Source: Anthoceros angustus
Lineage: Eukaryota > Plantae > Anthocerotophyta
Direction: 5' to 3'
Assembly (NCBI GenBank): GCA_010909165.1
Contig: VJWM01000068.1
Span: 930,001 to 994,000, forward strand
Length of the DNA stretch: 64,000 nt
Below, in pieces: positions 22,686 to 36,493 of this stretch (positions are counted from its first letter, which is position 1; each line of letters begins with the position of its first letter). The notes under the pieces were generated by a model. The model saw nothing but the letters and a program-made list of their open reading frames with translations. It searched no databases and had not been told where the DNA came from. A program made the translations under genes and the position numbers.

Positions 22686-22849
22686 ACGGATTTCCGTCAT
22701 GGGACTTGGTACTTAACAACTTGTACCATGGTTGCCTAAGCTAATTCCCTTTAGGCACCCCATCTAAGTACCGATCCAAGCTCAGGATGCTTAATCACGG
22801 CGTTCTTATAAATGTGTGTCCATTTGGCCTAGGCCATTTGGACACACAT
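22660..22849 (-). mobile_element. Best-preserved copy of the small hairpin-ended repeat
   Basis: 38-bp near-perfect palindrome at 22812-22849 centred on GGCCTAGGCC; (AAG)n and TTTTATTTAAGT.CACTAAGG at the other end. Confidence 0.75.
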
Positions 22850-23061
22850 GGCTTTCGCGAGAAAAAAAATGCCCCATCCTCTTTGGTATGCCATAATGGA
22901 TGTGACCGCAAACAGAATTGTTAGTTGCCCGCTAAAGAAAAAATAGCATCGTCACTAGGCTGTGTCTATATATGTATGTGACGGCAGAGAGAACTGTCAG
23001 TTGTCCGCGAAAGATAAAAAGAGCATCGTCACTGTGGTGCTGCGCTGGGCAATTGAATTCG

Positions 23062-24859
23062 ATGGACTTCTACGCAGGTTTCGGGGGGTTGAGGTACCCC
23101 AATTCTACCCCCTTCGAGCAGAGTTACAGGTGCTATTCGGCTTCCTTCATTGAGAAGGTGAGTGCTTTTTGGTTTGCGTTCGTGGTGCCGGATGCTTGCT
23201 CTCTCCGAATTAGCTGTGTTGATGGTTATTTTTGATGCAGCCTCATCTGGAGCATGGAAACAAAGGTGAGACTGCATTTTCAGCTAAGGCGCCGTCAGAT
23301 TCAACCAGATGCATCGTGAATTAAACGCCCTTGTTGGATTCATTTTGTTGTGTCCGTGAGAGGCAATTTGGGGTTCTAACTTGACGTGTTCCGTGTTCTT
23401 ACTGAAGTCATCATGCCTCCATCAGCGCTCGACCGTTTAGGTGAGTTCATTGTGCTGTAAAGCAGCTCTAGTGTGGGTGGATTTTGACTGGTTTCTGAGC
23501 TTGTTCCAGCTTCCCTGCGTATCGACTACCCCATGCTTTTTGAGGTGTATAATCCATCGGCACTTCGCACTTCGCATTGTGGTGTTCTGGAGTTCGTGGC
23601 TGAAGAAGGCATGATCTACATGCCTTACTGGGTACGTTTCTCACGCTGGTGTCTTAAGCTTTGCCATTTTCTGGAGCATGCTGTACTGTCCTGAGAGAGC
23701 TGGAAGACGTGAAAGAGTATCCCCTTCAGGGCGGGTGTAACTGTACTGTTGGATATACAGATGATGCAGAACATGCTTCTGCAAGAGGGAGAAATTGTAA
23801 GGGTCAAGAGTGCAACTCTTCCAAAAGGAACATTTGTGAAGTTGCAGCCACACACAAAAGATTTTTTGGACATCTCCAACCCAAAGGCCGTGTAGGTTTT
23901 GTTTAGCAGGCCCTGTTTTGTTGTCAGAGCCAGCTTTCCTGGTTAGGTCATCTTGCCTGATGAGTCTTCACGTTGAAGGCTGCTCGATTTCACAGTACGG
24001 ACACTTATTGGCAGGTTGGAGACGACATTGAGGAACTTTTCTTGCCTTACTGTTGGGGATAACATTATGGTGGCGTACAACAACAAGAAGTACTATATCG
24101 ACATTGTTGAGGCAAAACCTGCAGCTGCAGTCTCCATTATTGAGACAGACTGCGAAGTGGACTTTGCCCCTCCACTGGACTACAAGGAGCCAGAACCTGT
24201 TCGCACCCCCGCTCCTTTGACTTCCACCTCTCAAGGTAAAAGCTAATTCAAACTTTCTTGACTGCTCCCAAACACAGATGTCACACTTATTAAGCAGGGT
24301 GTGGAATGTCTTGGTTTTTAAACTTCTGTCTCATATATCAGTGCATGGTGATTCTGTGCATGCTAACCAGTTCTTTGCTGATGGATGCCGTGCAGTCCTG
24401 AAAGAAATCTCTGAGCCTGCGGAACCACCAAAGTCCAGTGCCTTCCAAGGTTCTGGGAGAAGATTGGATGGAAAGCCTGCCAGATCTAGCACCACACAGC
24501 CTGGCACAAATGGCGCTTCTGCCTCCGGAACCAATGCTCCAATTGCTTCTCCGTCCTTGGGGACCTCTTCCAAGAGGCCTGCTGGCAAGCTTGTGTTTGG
24601 GACGAATGCCAAGGAAAGCCTTGGTCAACTAAAGGTAAAAGAAAAACTTTGAGTGCTTCATCTGTACAACTTTAATTACCTGTGAGTCCGGGTATCATCG
24701 TAGTCTGACCATTCCTTTTTTTCCATATTTTTACGGGTTCTTGGTATGTAGGCTCCTCCGCCACCCAGAGAAGAACAGAAGGAGGAAGACCTTCGTAAAG
24801 AGAAGTCACCAGCCAAATTCCAACCGTTCAGTGGCAAAGCTTATTCTTTGCGACGTTGA
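23062..24859 (+). CDS. UFD1: Ubiquitin fusion degradation protein 1 (Cdc48/p97 cofactor), 8 exons
   Basis: [33 protein letters not shown]-like, [31 protein letters not shown] and C-terminal [12 protein letters not shown]; canonical splice sites traced. Confidence 0.98.
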
Positions 24860-25550
24860 AGTCTTTCAATGGGAGCCGATGCTGACATGCATAACACCAT
24901 GGCCGTGTCTGCATCTTGGACAAAACGATGTGCTTATTCACCGTGTTCATTTTATTGCTCTCTGGAAGACCTCTATTTCGTGTCTCCCGTCTTTGTCGTC
25001 AACTTGACAATGTATGGATGGATGTCACTCTGGCTGACCTTGCCTTTTTCTCAGCAGGCTTGTTTCTGAGTTGTGCTCTGTTGTAGATTGCTGATTGATG
25101 CCTGCGTTTTGAGGTATCTATGATGGATGCCACTCTCACTGACCCTGCTTTTGTTCAGCAGGCGTTTTTCTAGCTCGAGACCGCCCTTATCAATTGAAGG
25201 AAAGGAACAGACATGGTTTTGGTTTTTGGGAGATTTGGACCACCACACTGTTATTCCATCGCAAACGACAAGGTGAAGAATTGATGTACCAACCTTGTCA
25301 TTAATCAAGCCTGTTGGAGCTTTTTGTTTCCCAATTCTACGTACGAGCCTTTAATTCCCGCCACACATCTTTTTGCACGATTTGCTCTTGGAAGCCGATT
25401 TTCCCACATTCGTCCTCGCCCGTTCCGATTTTTATCCCTTCGCAGTTCTTGAGCAGAGGATTACATCCCCATGTAGAAAGATCTAGTGAGGTCTAGTGTC
25501 CACTCAAGAGCCTGGAGAGTGAATCCTTTTGTAACAGTTTGAACGCAACC

Positions 25551-26699
25551 ATGACGAGCCTTCAGCTGGCCAGCACGACCTCACTCTCCAGCCTGAGGTC
25601 TCCCTTGGGATCTCGGTCATCTCCCGCGCTGCAAGGTGCGTCCGCTGCCTGCCCGGGTGTCCACTGTCCACCAATCTCTGGCCTCCTGCCGATGCCTGAA
25701 TTTCATCTCCTGGGTGTGCTTGACCGCAGGCGGATTCCTGGCCCCACACCATCTCCACTCCCGCAATTCGCACCGCAATGCGTTGGATGTCCAGGTGACG
25801 CATGCTGCTGCTTTGGCGCCCGCTGTTTGATGCAATTGCTCACGTAGCAGCTGCGCCTGAGCATGAGTCTCGTGTGTTCCAGAATGGCGAGCTCAAGAGC
25901 TCAGTGAGGTAACCGCTCTGTGTTGATACGAGCTCCAGCCGTGGTTTCATGCGTTGCTGCTGCCCCGCCCCCGCTCCGGGCCTGGGATTCATCCACTGCC
26001 TGCCGCCTTCCAGGGTGTATAGGATGCACATCTTGGTTGCTTCTCCCAAGAGCTTTGTGCCGGTGAAGACCTGGATCACGACTGAAACCGGTGCGGCAAG
26101 TAGCGCACGAGACGTGTCTTGTGGTGCGCTGCCGATTGCTGCCACGGCAGCCATCACCGTGGGGATTGTCGGGGCAGCTGCGTTCGCGCTTGTCAAGCTG
26201 CAGAAGGAGAAGCCTGATGTTGTTCCTACCAAGAAGGTGAGAAGCATAGCATTCAGATTCTCGCTCAGGAGTAGTCATTTCAGTCAGTGTGACTCCATTT
26301 CGTCTATGCGCAGGACTGTGGGAGTTGTGGAGGCTCTGGTTTATGCCCTTCTTGTAAAGGTGAAGGCTTCCTGCTCAGAAACTTGACGCCGGAGGCTGCA
26401 GCTAGGGCCAGGGCGAGAGCAGAGGATGTGGCTACCCGTTACACTGCAGGGTAGCTATCTACTTCCTTCCTTGCTTCCTTCCTTCCGTGCTGAGAGATGC
26501 CATGGCAGTTGCTGCTGTACTTGCTTCATCCGTTCAGCCGCTTCAGATGCCATGGAAGTGGTGCCACAATACCACTCTTGACTTCACTCTTACGGGGTGT
26601 GTTGACAGACTAGCCAAGAAGTGGAGCTACTGTGCGGGTTGCTCGGGATCTAGGAGTTGTCTTGCCTGCCAGGGCAAAGGATTTCTCCAGGAGCCCTAG
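25551..26699 (+). CDS. Plastid-type DnaJ-like cysteine-rich zinc-finger protein with one TM helix (DnaJE-type, no J domain)
   Basis: Ser/Thr-rich N-terminus, hydrophobic TVGIVGAAAFALV, then CGSCGGSGLCPSCKGEG...ATRYTAG|LAKKWSYCAGCSGSRSCLACQGKG; 5' exon boundaries less certain. Confidence 0.88.
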
Positions 26700-27689
26700 C
26701 ATAAGTTTCTCCCCTGAATCATATGCTCCTGTACATGTCATGCTGTAGCTTCACACTGAAAGTTTAATTTAGTTTAGATTAGTTTAGTTTAGTATAGTAT
26801 AGTTAGAAAGCACCTCTGTGACCTTCCGAGGTGCTGGAGTGGGGAAGGTGTCATTGCAAACGCGCGTGATCCACCACGCGCGTGAGACACCCTGTTGAAG
26901 GGGTGTATGGTAGACAGGATAGTAGTCATATGTGCCATGTGCTCCGGCCCATTGCAGTCATCTGTACACTCTTCTTCTTGGCAGCGGATTTTTCTACTCC
27001 TGCCTGATCTCACTGCTGCTGTTGCATGGCCACAACCTTGATCTGGTGACAGAACTTTCGTTTCAGAGGATGGGAGTTGGAAACAGATTCTCTTCAGCGA
27101 ATCCATCAGGATGGGACTAGTCTATTACTATGGAATCGGATGATCTTTTGCTCGCCGAGATTTCTTGACGAAAGTGTCGCAGCTATGTGGTTTTTCTGGT
27201 AAAATGCATGCCCCTCTTCACCTATTGCGGCTTCGGCAATGACGTTTGGCTTATACTCGATATTTTTAGGAGATCATTGCAGCTCTCCTCCGGGTTCCAG
27301 CACGAGTAAATGAGCGTACAAGGGCTGGACAAGCAGCCAGCCATGAATGGCAATTTGGAACCCAACTATTTGGCAAACTAGCTACCACTTGAACAATTCC
27401 AAAACTATCCTACTTCGCAAGAACTAAGGTAGATTCATAATGTTTTTATATCTTACTCGAACTTTTAAACCATAAACATGGTATTGCATTGTATTGTATG
27501 TAGCAGGTGAGCAAGTTGTAGGAGACAGAGTATCGGCCGGGAGCGGTAGCATTTGAGTTACGGCGTCTTTGTCTTTCGTTTGATCATTTCCCTCTTAGGA
27601 GTACTTAGAGTTGTCGCATTACTTAGACTCAAATCCATCAGGATGGAACTTGTCGCATTTGTTGTACGGAGGAGTACTTAGACATCGCT

Positions 27690-28890
27690 TAAGAGTTACC
27701 TCGCTTAAGAGGTTGGTGGCTTCAGTAAGGAACTTGCCGAGTTGCAGTGGCTGCACATTTAATATGGCCCTGACATTCTCTCTGCCCTGAAACAAATTAG
27801 GATGTCCTGGTAGGTTTCAATGACTGGGCAGTGCAAGAGGAAATGTGCTTCATCATCCACCAGCCCGCTTGTGCAGTGTTGGGAGGTGCGCACCTCCCTG
27901 GGCAAGTGTTCTCGGGCAAGGACCATCCTCAGTTGATGTGCCATGGTGTGGACTCAAGCAATTAGCTTGGTGAGATGGGATGCAAGGGGCTGATGGAGAT
28001 AACGTTGGATCTGGTAGGTGGTGCTCTGGTGGACATGTTGCAGGTAGTGCTGCTTATCTGTCCTTGGCATGGTTAGAGGCCATACCTTCCTAAGGAAAGC
28101 ATTCTCATTCTCAATATCAATATCTGATATCTTGGCCCCTAAATCTTTGGGGAGATCCTAATTGCAAAGACAATTGGCTAAAGAGAGTAGCTAGCTCGAG
28201 AGGTGATTGATGTCGTCTTCTGCTGAGAGTTAGAGGGCCTGTGTGGCGAGGGTAGAGTTATCCAGGTTCCAGATCCTATCTCTGAAGTGGACGCATTGCT
28301 TCAAAGCTTGTATTTTGAGGGGAATGCTCCAAACTCAGCGAGAAGGTTATCCATGCATGTGTATATATGTCTGTTGGCAAACACCAATTGGCTTCTCATG
28401 AAGTCGATCTGGAGCCGATTTGTTTGTTGCCAATATCATTTACAACATTCCGAGCCCCAAATCTCGACTCCGTGGACTTCGAGGGCTATGCTTGCGATTG
28501 AAGCTATGAAGACTACCGATTGCAGCCAGGATAGGATGACATTTCTGGCTCTCATCCTGTTGTGCAGTTTGAAAAGCCTGAAGGAAGTGGCTGGACTAGC
28601 ATTTTCCTATTCCTCACGATTGGCTTGTTATTGAAGTTAAAGAGGCCCACATACTTGTATGATGATATGGCCTTAGTTTTTTATCCATCATGCATAAAGC
28701 TTTTCCACAGTGCTTTTCACAACACTTAGGTTGTATGAAAGTGACTTAGTTTTTCCCAAGTTGACAAAAAAATGGCGCTCTCTGCAGAAGATTTCAAGTA
28801 CCTTGAGTAATTTTTGCATGCCCCATCTCCTAGTAGACAATAGTACTAGGTCGTGAGCGAAGAGAAGATAGCCCAATTAGTTGGCGAGGT
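27690..28890 (-). mobile_element. 5'-truncated, degenerate LINE (RTE/RTEX-like): RT end plus C-terminal zinc knuckle
   Basis: LLFAHDLVLLS (degenerate FADD), VNLGKTK, GVEIWG, LLAEFGAFP and CTSGLVDDEAHFLLHC, with stops and frameshifts; ends approximate. Confidence 0.85.
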
Positions 28891-29103
28891 GGGCTGCACA
28901 ATCTGTTGGTTTCTAGAAATCAAGTTAGGTTCTTATGAGTTGTAGCTTCATAATACTATATGTAATTTCATGCTAAGTACTATATATATAGAATACTATA
29001 TTAGATTAGCATCATATTAGGTTTTTGTGGAATCTAGCTTCATGATATTATATGTAGCTTCATGCTATTATATGTGTAAAATACTATATAAGGTTTTTGT
29101 GGA

Positions 29104-29850
29104 TGGCGAGGAGTGACGAGGAACGGCGAGGGGCGGCGAAAAAGGGAAAGGGGTGGCGAGGGACGGTGAGGGTTGGCGAGAGGCGGCGAGGGACGGCAAG
29201 GGGCAGTGAGGGATGATGAAGGGTGGCAAGGAATGGCGAGGGGCGGTGAGGGGCAGCGAGGGTGGCGAGGAGGTGTAAAGGTGGCAAGGGCGTTAAAGGC
29301 GAGGGGCGGCAAAGGCGAGGATGGCAAGGCGGCGAGGGCACGGGGCGGCTAGAAAGGGAAAGGGGTGGCGAGGGACAGTGAGGGTCGGCGAGAGGCGTCG
29401 AGGGATGGCGAGGGACGATGGGGGGCGGCGAGAAATGGTAAGGGGTGGCGAGGGTCGGCAAGAAGTATCGAGGGGCGGCGAGGAATGGTAAGGGGTAGCG
29501 AGGGACGATGAGGGTCGGCAAGAAGCGGCGAAGGGTGGCGAGGAATGGTTAAGGGTGGCGAGGGGCGAGGCGGCGAGGCGAAAAAGGATGTAGCGGTGGC
29601 GAGGACGACAAGTCGGCAAGCGAGGCGAGGGTGGTAAGCGGTCGGCAAGAAGCGGCGGCGAGAATGGTAAGGGTGGCGAGGGGCGACAAGTGGTCGGCAA
29701 GAAGCGGTCGGTCAGTGGGCAGTCGGTAAAGGCGGCGAGGAATGGTAAGGGGTGGCGAGGGACGACAAGAAGTGACGAGGGTCGGCAAGCGGCGAGGTCA
29801 GTAAGCGAGGTCGGCAAGCGGCGGCGAGGAATGGTAAGGGGTGGCGAGGG
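29104..29850. repeat. G/A-rich minisatellite of degenerate GGCGAG(G) units with higher-order AATGGTAAGGGGTGGCGAGGG blocks
   Basis: Strongly strand-biased tandem low-complexity tract; flanked by related CTTCATGATA...AATACTATAT segments (~29035, ~30012). Confidence 0.92.
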
Positions 29851-30053
29851 ATGCAGCTACATACTACTAATGTGTAGAATACTAATACTACATTCGGTCT
29901 GTTATATCAAGTTTTTTGTGCGGTATAGCTTCTTGATTCTATATATAGCCATATCACTACATTTATAAAATACCATAGTAGGGCAGGGTGTGTCAGGTTC
30001 TTGTGGGTGCGACTTCATGATACTATCAGTAGCTTCATGCTACTACATGTATA

Positions 30054-30495
30054 GAATACTATATTAGGTCTAGATATCCTATTAGGTTCCTATTTAGTGG
30101 GCCAGACTTCGCTATATAAAAGCCCTTCATTCATATTTTTTCTTATAGTTTTCCAATTCTCTCTTGTATATTTTTTCTCTCATAACTGTGTAATCATGGC
30201 CGGAGGGGGCGTGCTTGTGGAAAGTGAGGGGAGACAATATGCAGGGCATCTTACTAGGTTTGTGTTCATGGCTTGAATACTATATTAGGTCTAGATATCC
30301 TATTAGGTTCCTATTTAGTGGGCCAGACTTCGCTATATAAAAGCCCTTCATTCATATTTTTTCTTATAGTTTTCCAATTCTCTCTTGTATATTTTTTCTC
30401 TCATAACTGTGTAATCATGGCCGGAGGGGGCGTGCTTGTGGAAAGTGAGGGGAGACAATATGCAGGGCATCTTACTAGGTTTGTGTTCATGGCTT
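30054..30495 (+). repeat. Perfect 221-bp tandem duplication of the STP promoter, 5'UTR and first 26 codons
   Basis: GAATACTATATTAGG at 30054 and 30275; the two copies read identical. Confidence 0.97.
30334..30342 (+). promoter_or_regulatory. TATA box of STP copy a (duplicated at 30113)
   Basis: CTATATAAAAGCC ~80 bp upstream of the ATG. Confidence 0.7.
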
Positions 30496-31970
30496 GTATT
30501 GTAGCTGCTAGTGGCGGCTTGATATTTGGATATGATATTGGTATATCTGGTGGGGTAACTGGGATGAATGATTTCCTTAAGAAATTTTTTCCTACAGTTT
30601 ATGCACACAAACAATTAGCACATGAAGATGATTATTGTAAATTCGATAATCACATTCTTCAATTTTTCACATCCTCTCTATATCTTGCTGCACTTGTGGC
30701 CTCCTTCGTGGCATCTACCATTAGTAGAAAGTACGGAAGGATTTCATCTATTCGCATTGGGGCTGTCAGCTTCTTATGTGGTGCCCTCTTGAATGGATTT
30801 GCCGTCAACCTAGCAATGTTGATTATTGGAAGAATTTTACTGGGAATAGGAGTGGGGTTCGCGAATCAGTCAGTTCCACTTTATCTTTCAGAAATGGCTC
30901 CTACTCATCTACGAGGATCTTTGAACATGATGTTTCAACTAGCCATCACTCTAGGTATTCTTGTAGCTGGGCTTATCAACTATCATATGGCGACAATCTC
31001 TAATGGTTGGAAATGGTCACTTGGGTTAGCTGCTGTTCCTGCGGTGTTAATGTTGACAGGCAGCTTCTTCCTTCCAGACACACCAAATAGTTTGATTGAA
31101 AGAGGTCACTTGGAACTTGGAAAGAGAGTTTTGCGTAGAACTAGAGGCGTTGAACTTCATGAAGTTGAGAAGGAGTTTGATGATATTTTGGCAGCAAGTT
31201 TGCAATCTAAGCTTGTGGAGAAACCATACAAGAGCATATTGGAAAGAAAAAATCGACCACAACTCGTGATTACATTACTTATTCCTTTATTTCAGCAATT
31301 TACAGGAATAAATGCGATTATGTTTTATGCCCCTGTGTTGTTCCAAACAATTGGCTTTGGTAGCAAGTCATCTCTTTACTCCTCAGTGATTTCATCAGGT
31401 GTGAACTTCGTAGCAACTCTTGTTTCTATAGCAACTGTGGACAAGATTGGACGTAGAAAATTGTTCTTAGAGGGAGGCATCCAAATGATAATATCCCAGA
31501 TCGTTATCGGCGTCATTCTTGCTTGCTTATTTGGTGGTACAAAACAATTATCTAAGAGTGCTTCGATTGGCGTTATCATTGTTATTTGCACATACGTAGC
31601 AGCTTTTGCTTGGTCATGGGGACCACTTGGATGGCTTGTTCCTAGTGAGATTTTTTCTATGGAAACCCGTTCAGCAGGTCAAGCTATTAATGTTTCTGTG
31701 AACATGCTCTTCACATTCGTAATCGCTCAAGCCTTCTTGAGCATGCTATGTCATTTTCAATATGGCATATTCTTTTTCTTCGCAGGTTGGGTACTTATCA
31801 TGACTATCTTTATCTATTTCTTTTTGCCGGAAACTAGAGGTGTTCACATAGATGACATGGACCACGTTTGGAGGACACATTGGTTTTGGAAGAAGATTAT
31901 TCCAATTGAAGAAAGCAATATACAAAAACATGAAGTACCCACCATTGTTGTAGAGGAACGTACTAAATAG
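30417..31970 (+). CDS. STP: Sugar transport protein (STP, MFS hexose/H+ symporter), intronless, copy a
   Basis: MAGGG start, [79 protein letters not shown]. Confidence 0.98.
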   Translation: MAGGGVLVESEGRQYAGHLTRFVFMACIVAASGGLIFGYDIGISGGVTGMNDFLKKFFPTVYAHKQLAHEDDYCKFDNHILQFFTSSLYLAALVASFVASTISRKYGRISSIRIGAVSFLCGALLNGFAVNLAMLIIGRILLGIGVGFANQSVPLYLSEMAPTHLRGSLNMMFQLAITLGILVAGLINYHMATISNGWKWSLGLAAVPAVLMLTGSFFLPDTPNSLIERGHLELGKRVLRRTRGVELHEVEKEFDDILAASLQSKLVEKPYKSILERKNRPQLVITLLIPLFQQFTGINAIMFYAPVLFQTIGFGSKSSLYSSVISSGVNFVATLVSIATVDKIGRRKLFLEGGIQMIISQIVIGVILACLFGGTKQLSKSASIGVIIVICTYVAAFAWSWGPLGWLVPSEIFSMETRSAGQAINVSVNMLFTFVIAQAFLSMLCHFQYGIFFFFAGWVLIMTIFIYFFLPETRGVHIDDMDHVWRTHWFWKKIIPIEESNIQKHEVPTIVVEERTK

Positions 31971-32713
31971 CGTGTGTTCCGTAATGCTAGTATGTAGAAG
32001 ACTAGTGCTTAGCCCTCCTAGGTTTCTTCCTATAGTTCTACTTCGATTACTTTTGTGCGAATGTGCATGTGTAGAGTGTTACTTGTAATTCGAATTTGGA
32101 ATGAATGTGGATTGTTCGATGATTTGAATTCAATAGATATTCATGATTCACGTAATATCAATAACATTAATGTGTGATAGATTGGTTGTAAATTTGATGA
32201 GTTGACTAAAAGCACAATGTCTCTCCGTAGATAGGATTGTTTCTTTGTGGAATTTCAAACATGAAAATTCCTTTGTGGAATTTTAAACATCCGAGACACA
32301 TAACAAAGTTTTTAAAGAGTTTCTATAAGAGAAATATATTTTGGAATAAAAAACATGAATGTATGATAGATTGGTTATAAATTTGATGAGTTGACCGAAA
32401 GCATAATGTCTCTACGTATGATTGCTTCTTTGTAGAATTTTAAACATGCAAAACATGTAACAGAGTTTGTGAAAGAAGTTTTCTAATAAATAGATATATT
32501 TTAGAATTAAAACCAATCAGATCCGTCTCGGTTGGATGGGCTGGATTACTAGCCCTTCAATTTGGTCATCTCTAGCCTCGATCATAGATCAGATCCGTCT
32601 TGGTTGGATGGGCTGGATTCCCTTCAATTTGGTCATCTCTAGCCTCGATCATAGCTTAATTTGTCTTGGGCTAATGGGTCCGATTGATGGCCCTCGGCGA
32701 TGGTCATGTATAG

Positions 32714-32911
32714 TGTAATAGTATTACGTATATACGTAAATATATACGTATGTTATATGGGACATGTATAGGATACGTATATGGAATACGATACGGATAA
32801 GATCGAAAGTAAAGTTCACCCTAGTGAGTCATATGCTAAGTATAGAGTGCCAGTCTTGAGATGTTAAATACATGCCCCGAGCCTAAGAGGGCAGCTTTCC
32901 CTATCATTACA
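32714..32911 (+). repeat. 5' LTR (198 bp)
   Basis: TG...CA termini; homologous to 36494-36697. Confidence 0.95.
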
Positions 32912-33756
32912 TTCTAGTATCAAAACTTCTCGACCAGCAGATCGAGAGCGGCATTGGTTGATTCATGTGGCTAATTGTGAAGTTTCATATGGCAAGAAAG
33001 GGTGTGAAAGATTAGATAGGTGTTGCGCACACCCTCTCCTAGCTATGGAAAACCACCCCTCAGTTGGGAAAGCTCAGTAGGACTCAGAAAGTATGACAGG
33101 AGAGGAAGAGTGGTAGGTAGATGCAACTAGGTAGGCAACTGGGGATAGATCGGAATCTCAGGGAACGGGTGTTGTCGATCGATAGCCCCGACATTAGCCA
33201 AAGAGGACAGGAGTGCTTTCTCTGAGACAAGAAGGCACCAGATTTGGTTCCTTGTCCTCACAAGTAGCCGTTCTAGATGCTCTGCCCGCTATGTCGAGAA
33301 GCTGCTAAGGTTAGGAAGGGTTTATGGTGAGCGTATTTTCATGTGGGCATTGTTAGTATCTCAGCTGTGCCTGCGCGTGACGACCAACCAAACGAGTCCT
33401 TGGACGTCTAGACAACGGGGAGCTTATCGTGCGTTATGTGCTAAACTTGAACTGGTATTGGGCCTCACTGTGGAAGGCGCAACGAGATACCGCAGAAGAC
33501 AAAGAGCTATTGAGGAAGTGCTGTTAAGAGAGCGCACGTAGATCTTTGGACGAGATTCGGTCGTGGAGACCAGCCAGGCTTCGTGGCAGCTTTGTAAAGG
33601 TTGCTCAACCCTTTGGTACAAGTGATTGTCCAACGGATAGGCGTGCCTCCTGCCTCGTGCTTCGTAGTAGATGGTGAGGGATCCATATGTTCTAGTCAGG
33701 TAGTACGATGTGGAAATTAACCAAGCAGGTGAAGCAAAGGATAGCTGGGCAAAACT

Positions 33757-36450
33757 GTGTCAATCACTAATCCGGGGCAACATAAGCCTCCGTCCCGGCC
33801 AGTGTTCAAAATGTCTCCTCTGGAAATAGAGGAATCCAGGAAACAAGTAGAGATCGTTATGAAAAAGGGATACATCAGGCCTTCCCAATCACCATTCGGA
33901 GCACCCATCCTTTTTGCTAAGAAGAAGGATGGATCATTACGGATGTGTATCGACTATAGAGCACTCAATAATATAACCAAATGCAATAGTTTTCCCTTAC
34001 CCCGCATTGATGAGATGTTGGAAAAGCTTGCAGGATCAGCATATTTCTCCAAACTCGACCTAGCATTAGGTTACCATCAAATTCGTATGCAAGCAATAGA
34101 TGTGGAAAAAACAGCGTTCAACACAAGTTATGGGCCCTTTGAATGGTTAGTCATGCCCTTTGGCATGACTAATGCCCCATCAACCTTCCAGACTCTCATG
34201 AATCATATTTTCTCTGATCTCATTGAACATGGAATCCTCGTCTACAGGATGATATCCTCGTCTATTCTGCAACAAAAGATGAGCAAGTCAAACTATTGCG
34301 AGAGGTATTGAGACATCTAAGGGCAGTCAAGCTATATGCAAAATTACCTAAGTGTGCATTCATGGCACCACAGGTTGAGTATTTAGGCCATGTTGTGTCA
34401 GCACAAGGAATTCAGGCTGATTCTCACAAAGCTCAAGCAATCCAGGATTGGCCCACGCCTACGTCGACCACACAACTCCAATCGTTTCTTGGATTGGCGT
34501 CGTATCATAGGAAGTTTACAGCACGGTTTGCCCACATTGCCACCCCCCTGACAAACCTGTTGAAAAACATTGCAGCATGGACTTGGGAACAGCAGCAAGA
34601 AACCACCTTTCAAAACTTGAAGCAATACCTTACCAAGACCCAAGCACTCGCCCATCCAGACATGCGATTACAGTTCGTCATAGCTACAGATGCCTCAGAC
34701 CAAGCTGTAGGAGCAGTTTTACAACAAGACTTTGGGAAGGGCCTGCAACCAATAGCCCTTTTTAGTCGAAAATTAAAGGGACCAGAACTCAATTACTCAG
34801 TACATGAAAAAGAGACACTCGCTTAGGTTCTTGCTTTTAGATGTGGAGGGCACCTCTTTTATATTGGAGACTGATCACAGCCCACTACGTTATCTACAGA
34901 CTCAATCACACCTTTCACGAAAACAAGCCCGTTGGCTTGAATTTTTCCAATAGTTCTACTTCCACATCGGTTATAAAAAGGGAGCAGATAACAAGGTTGC
35001 TGATGCCCTCATCAGGTATAGTGCGACAGCAATACTCACAGCACACCAACCAGCATGGTTATAGGATGTTCTCCATGCGCTGCCTTCTGACCTTGTAGCA
35101 ATCCAACATTCACGGAATCAGAATAGTGGTCACTGGTCCTGGCAAGAGGGATTTCTATTTTACAAAACGCAACTGTTTATCCCTCAACTCCCACACCTTA
35201 GATAACAATTGCTCAGGGAAGCCCATACACCACCATCAGCAGCACATCCTGGAAGAGTATGCACACTGAAGCTTCTTCAACGCCATTATATTGGCCCGGT
35301 ATGGTCGCGGATGTCCATAACTTTGTGCGCCTTTGTGACACATGTCAAAGGACTAAGGCTACCACGCAACTCCCACCAGGACTTCTCCAATCCATACCTA
35401 TACCAGACAAGCCTTGGCAGGTCATACACTTGGACTTTATCACAGGCCTTCCATTAACCCCCAAGGGACATAATGCTATCCTCCTCTTCGTGGACAGGCT
35501 CACGAAAATGGTACACTTGGCCGCCACTACAGAAACCAGCACAGCCATAGACACGGGGCACATTTACCTCAGCCATGTATACAAACTACACGGCCTTCCA
35601 CAGAACATTATTTCCGATAGGAATCCTAGATTCTTAAGCCACTTCTGGACAGATCTGCATCACGCCTTGGGTACCCAGCTTGCCTTTTCATCGGCATATT
35701 ACCCACAGTCGGACGGACAAGCAGAGCGTATGAATCAATCTGTGGAAACAGCTCTTCGTGCCTATGCAGCTCGCCAACAGAATCAATGGGAAGATTACCT
35801 CTCTATAGTGGAATTTGCGTGCAATAACACCACCAATCTATCCCCAGGGTATAGTCCATTCTACATGCTCCACGCTTGTCACCCACGTACAATGCTGACC
35901 CCGCCACTTTCCCCCCTCCAAACCTAGGCGGCTACTGACTGGCTCCAAAAACATGCGGACATCCTGCAGGAGGCACGCCTCAATTTGCAGGAAGCCCAGA
36001 ACCGTCAACGCCAGGCTGCCAACACACACAGGAGGGACCAACAGTTTCAACCAGGGCAGACGGTACTCTTGTCAACACGCCATCTCCACCTACCTGGCAA
36101 CAAGAAGCTACAACATTGATGGGTCGGACCCTTCACCATCTTAGACAAAATTGGTGCTACTGCCTACCCCTCCAGCTGCCCCAATCTTGGCACATCCACG
36201 ACGTCTTCCATTCCGCTCTCCTCAAACCTTATCAGGGACCGCCACCAACTGGACCACCTCCAGAGCTCATTGACCAAGCCCTTGAGTATGAAGTCGAGGC
36301 CATCCTCCAACACAAGTACGTCCGCCGCTCACTTTGCTTTTTGGTGTTGTGGCACGGGTACCCTCTTTCGGAAGCCACTTGGGAGCCATTTTCCTCTCTA
36401 ACCCACTGTCTAGATATCCTTGCCCGATATGCAACCCAACATCATCTCCA
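33757..36450 (+). pseudogene. pol remnant: reverse transcriptase, RNase H, integrase and chromodomain, with frameshifts and stops
   Basis: SPFGAPILFAKKKDGSLRMCIDYRALN, MPFGMTNAPSTFQ, TDASDQAVGAVL, HHCC zinc finger, LDFITGLP/SDRNPRF/PQSDGQAER, YEVEAILQH...VLWHGYP..EATWEP. Confidence 0.96.
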
Positions 36451-36493
36451 GCTTCCGACTTCGGGACGAAGTCTTCTCTCCCCCCGGATTAGT

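Noticed and set aside
29040-29817. Pro/Leu/Arg-rich minus-strand ORFs as extensin-like genes
   Set aside because: Translation of the minisatellite; all frames give similar low-complexity text
30273-30416. 48-aa N-terminal extension of STP in the ORF track (565 aa)
   Set aside because: Starts at a non-ATG codon at the duplication junction and covers the TATA box and 5'UTR; the paralog and family start at MAGGG
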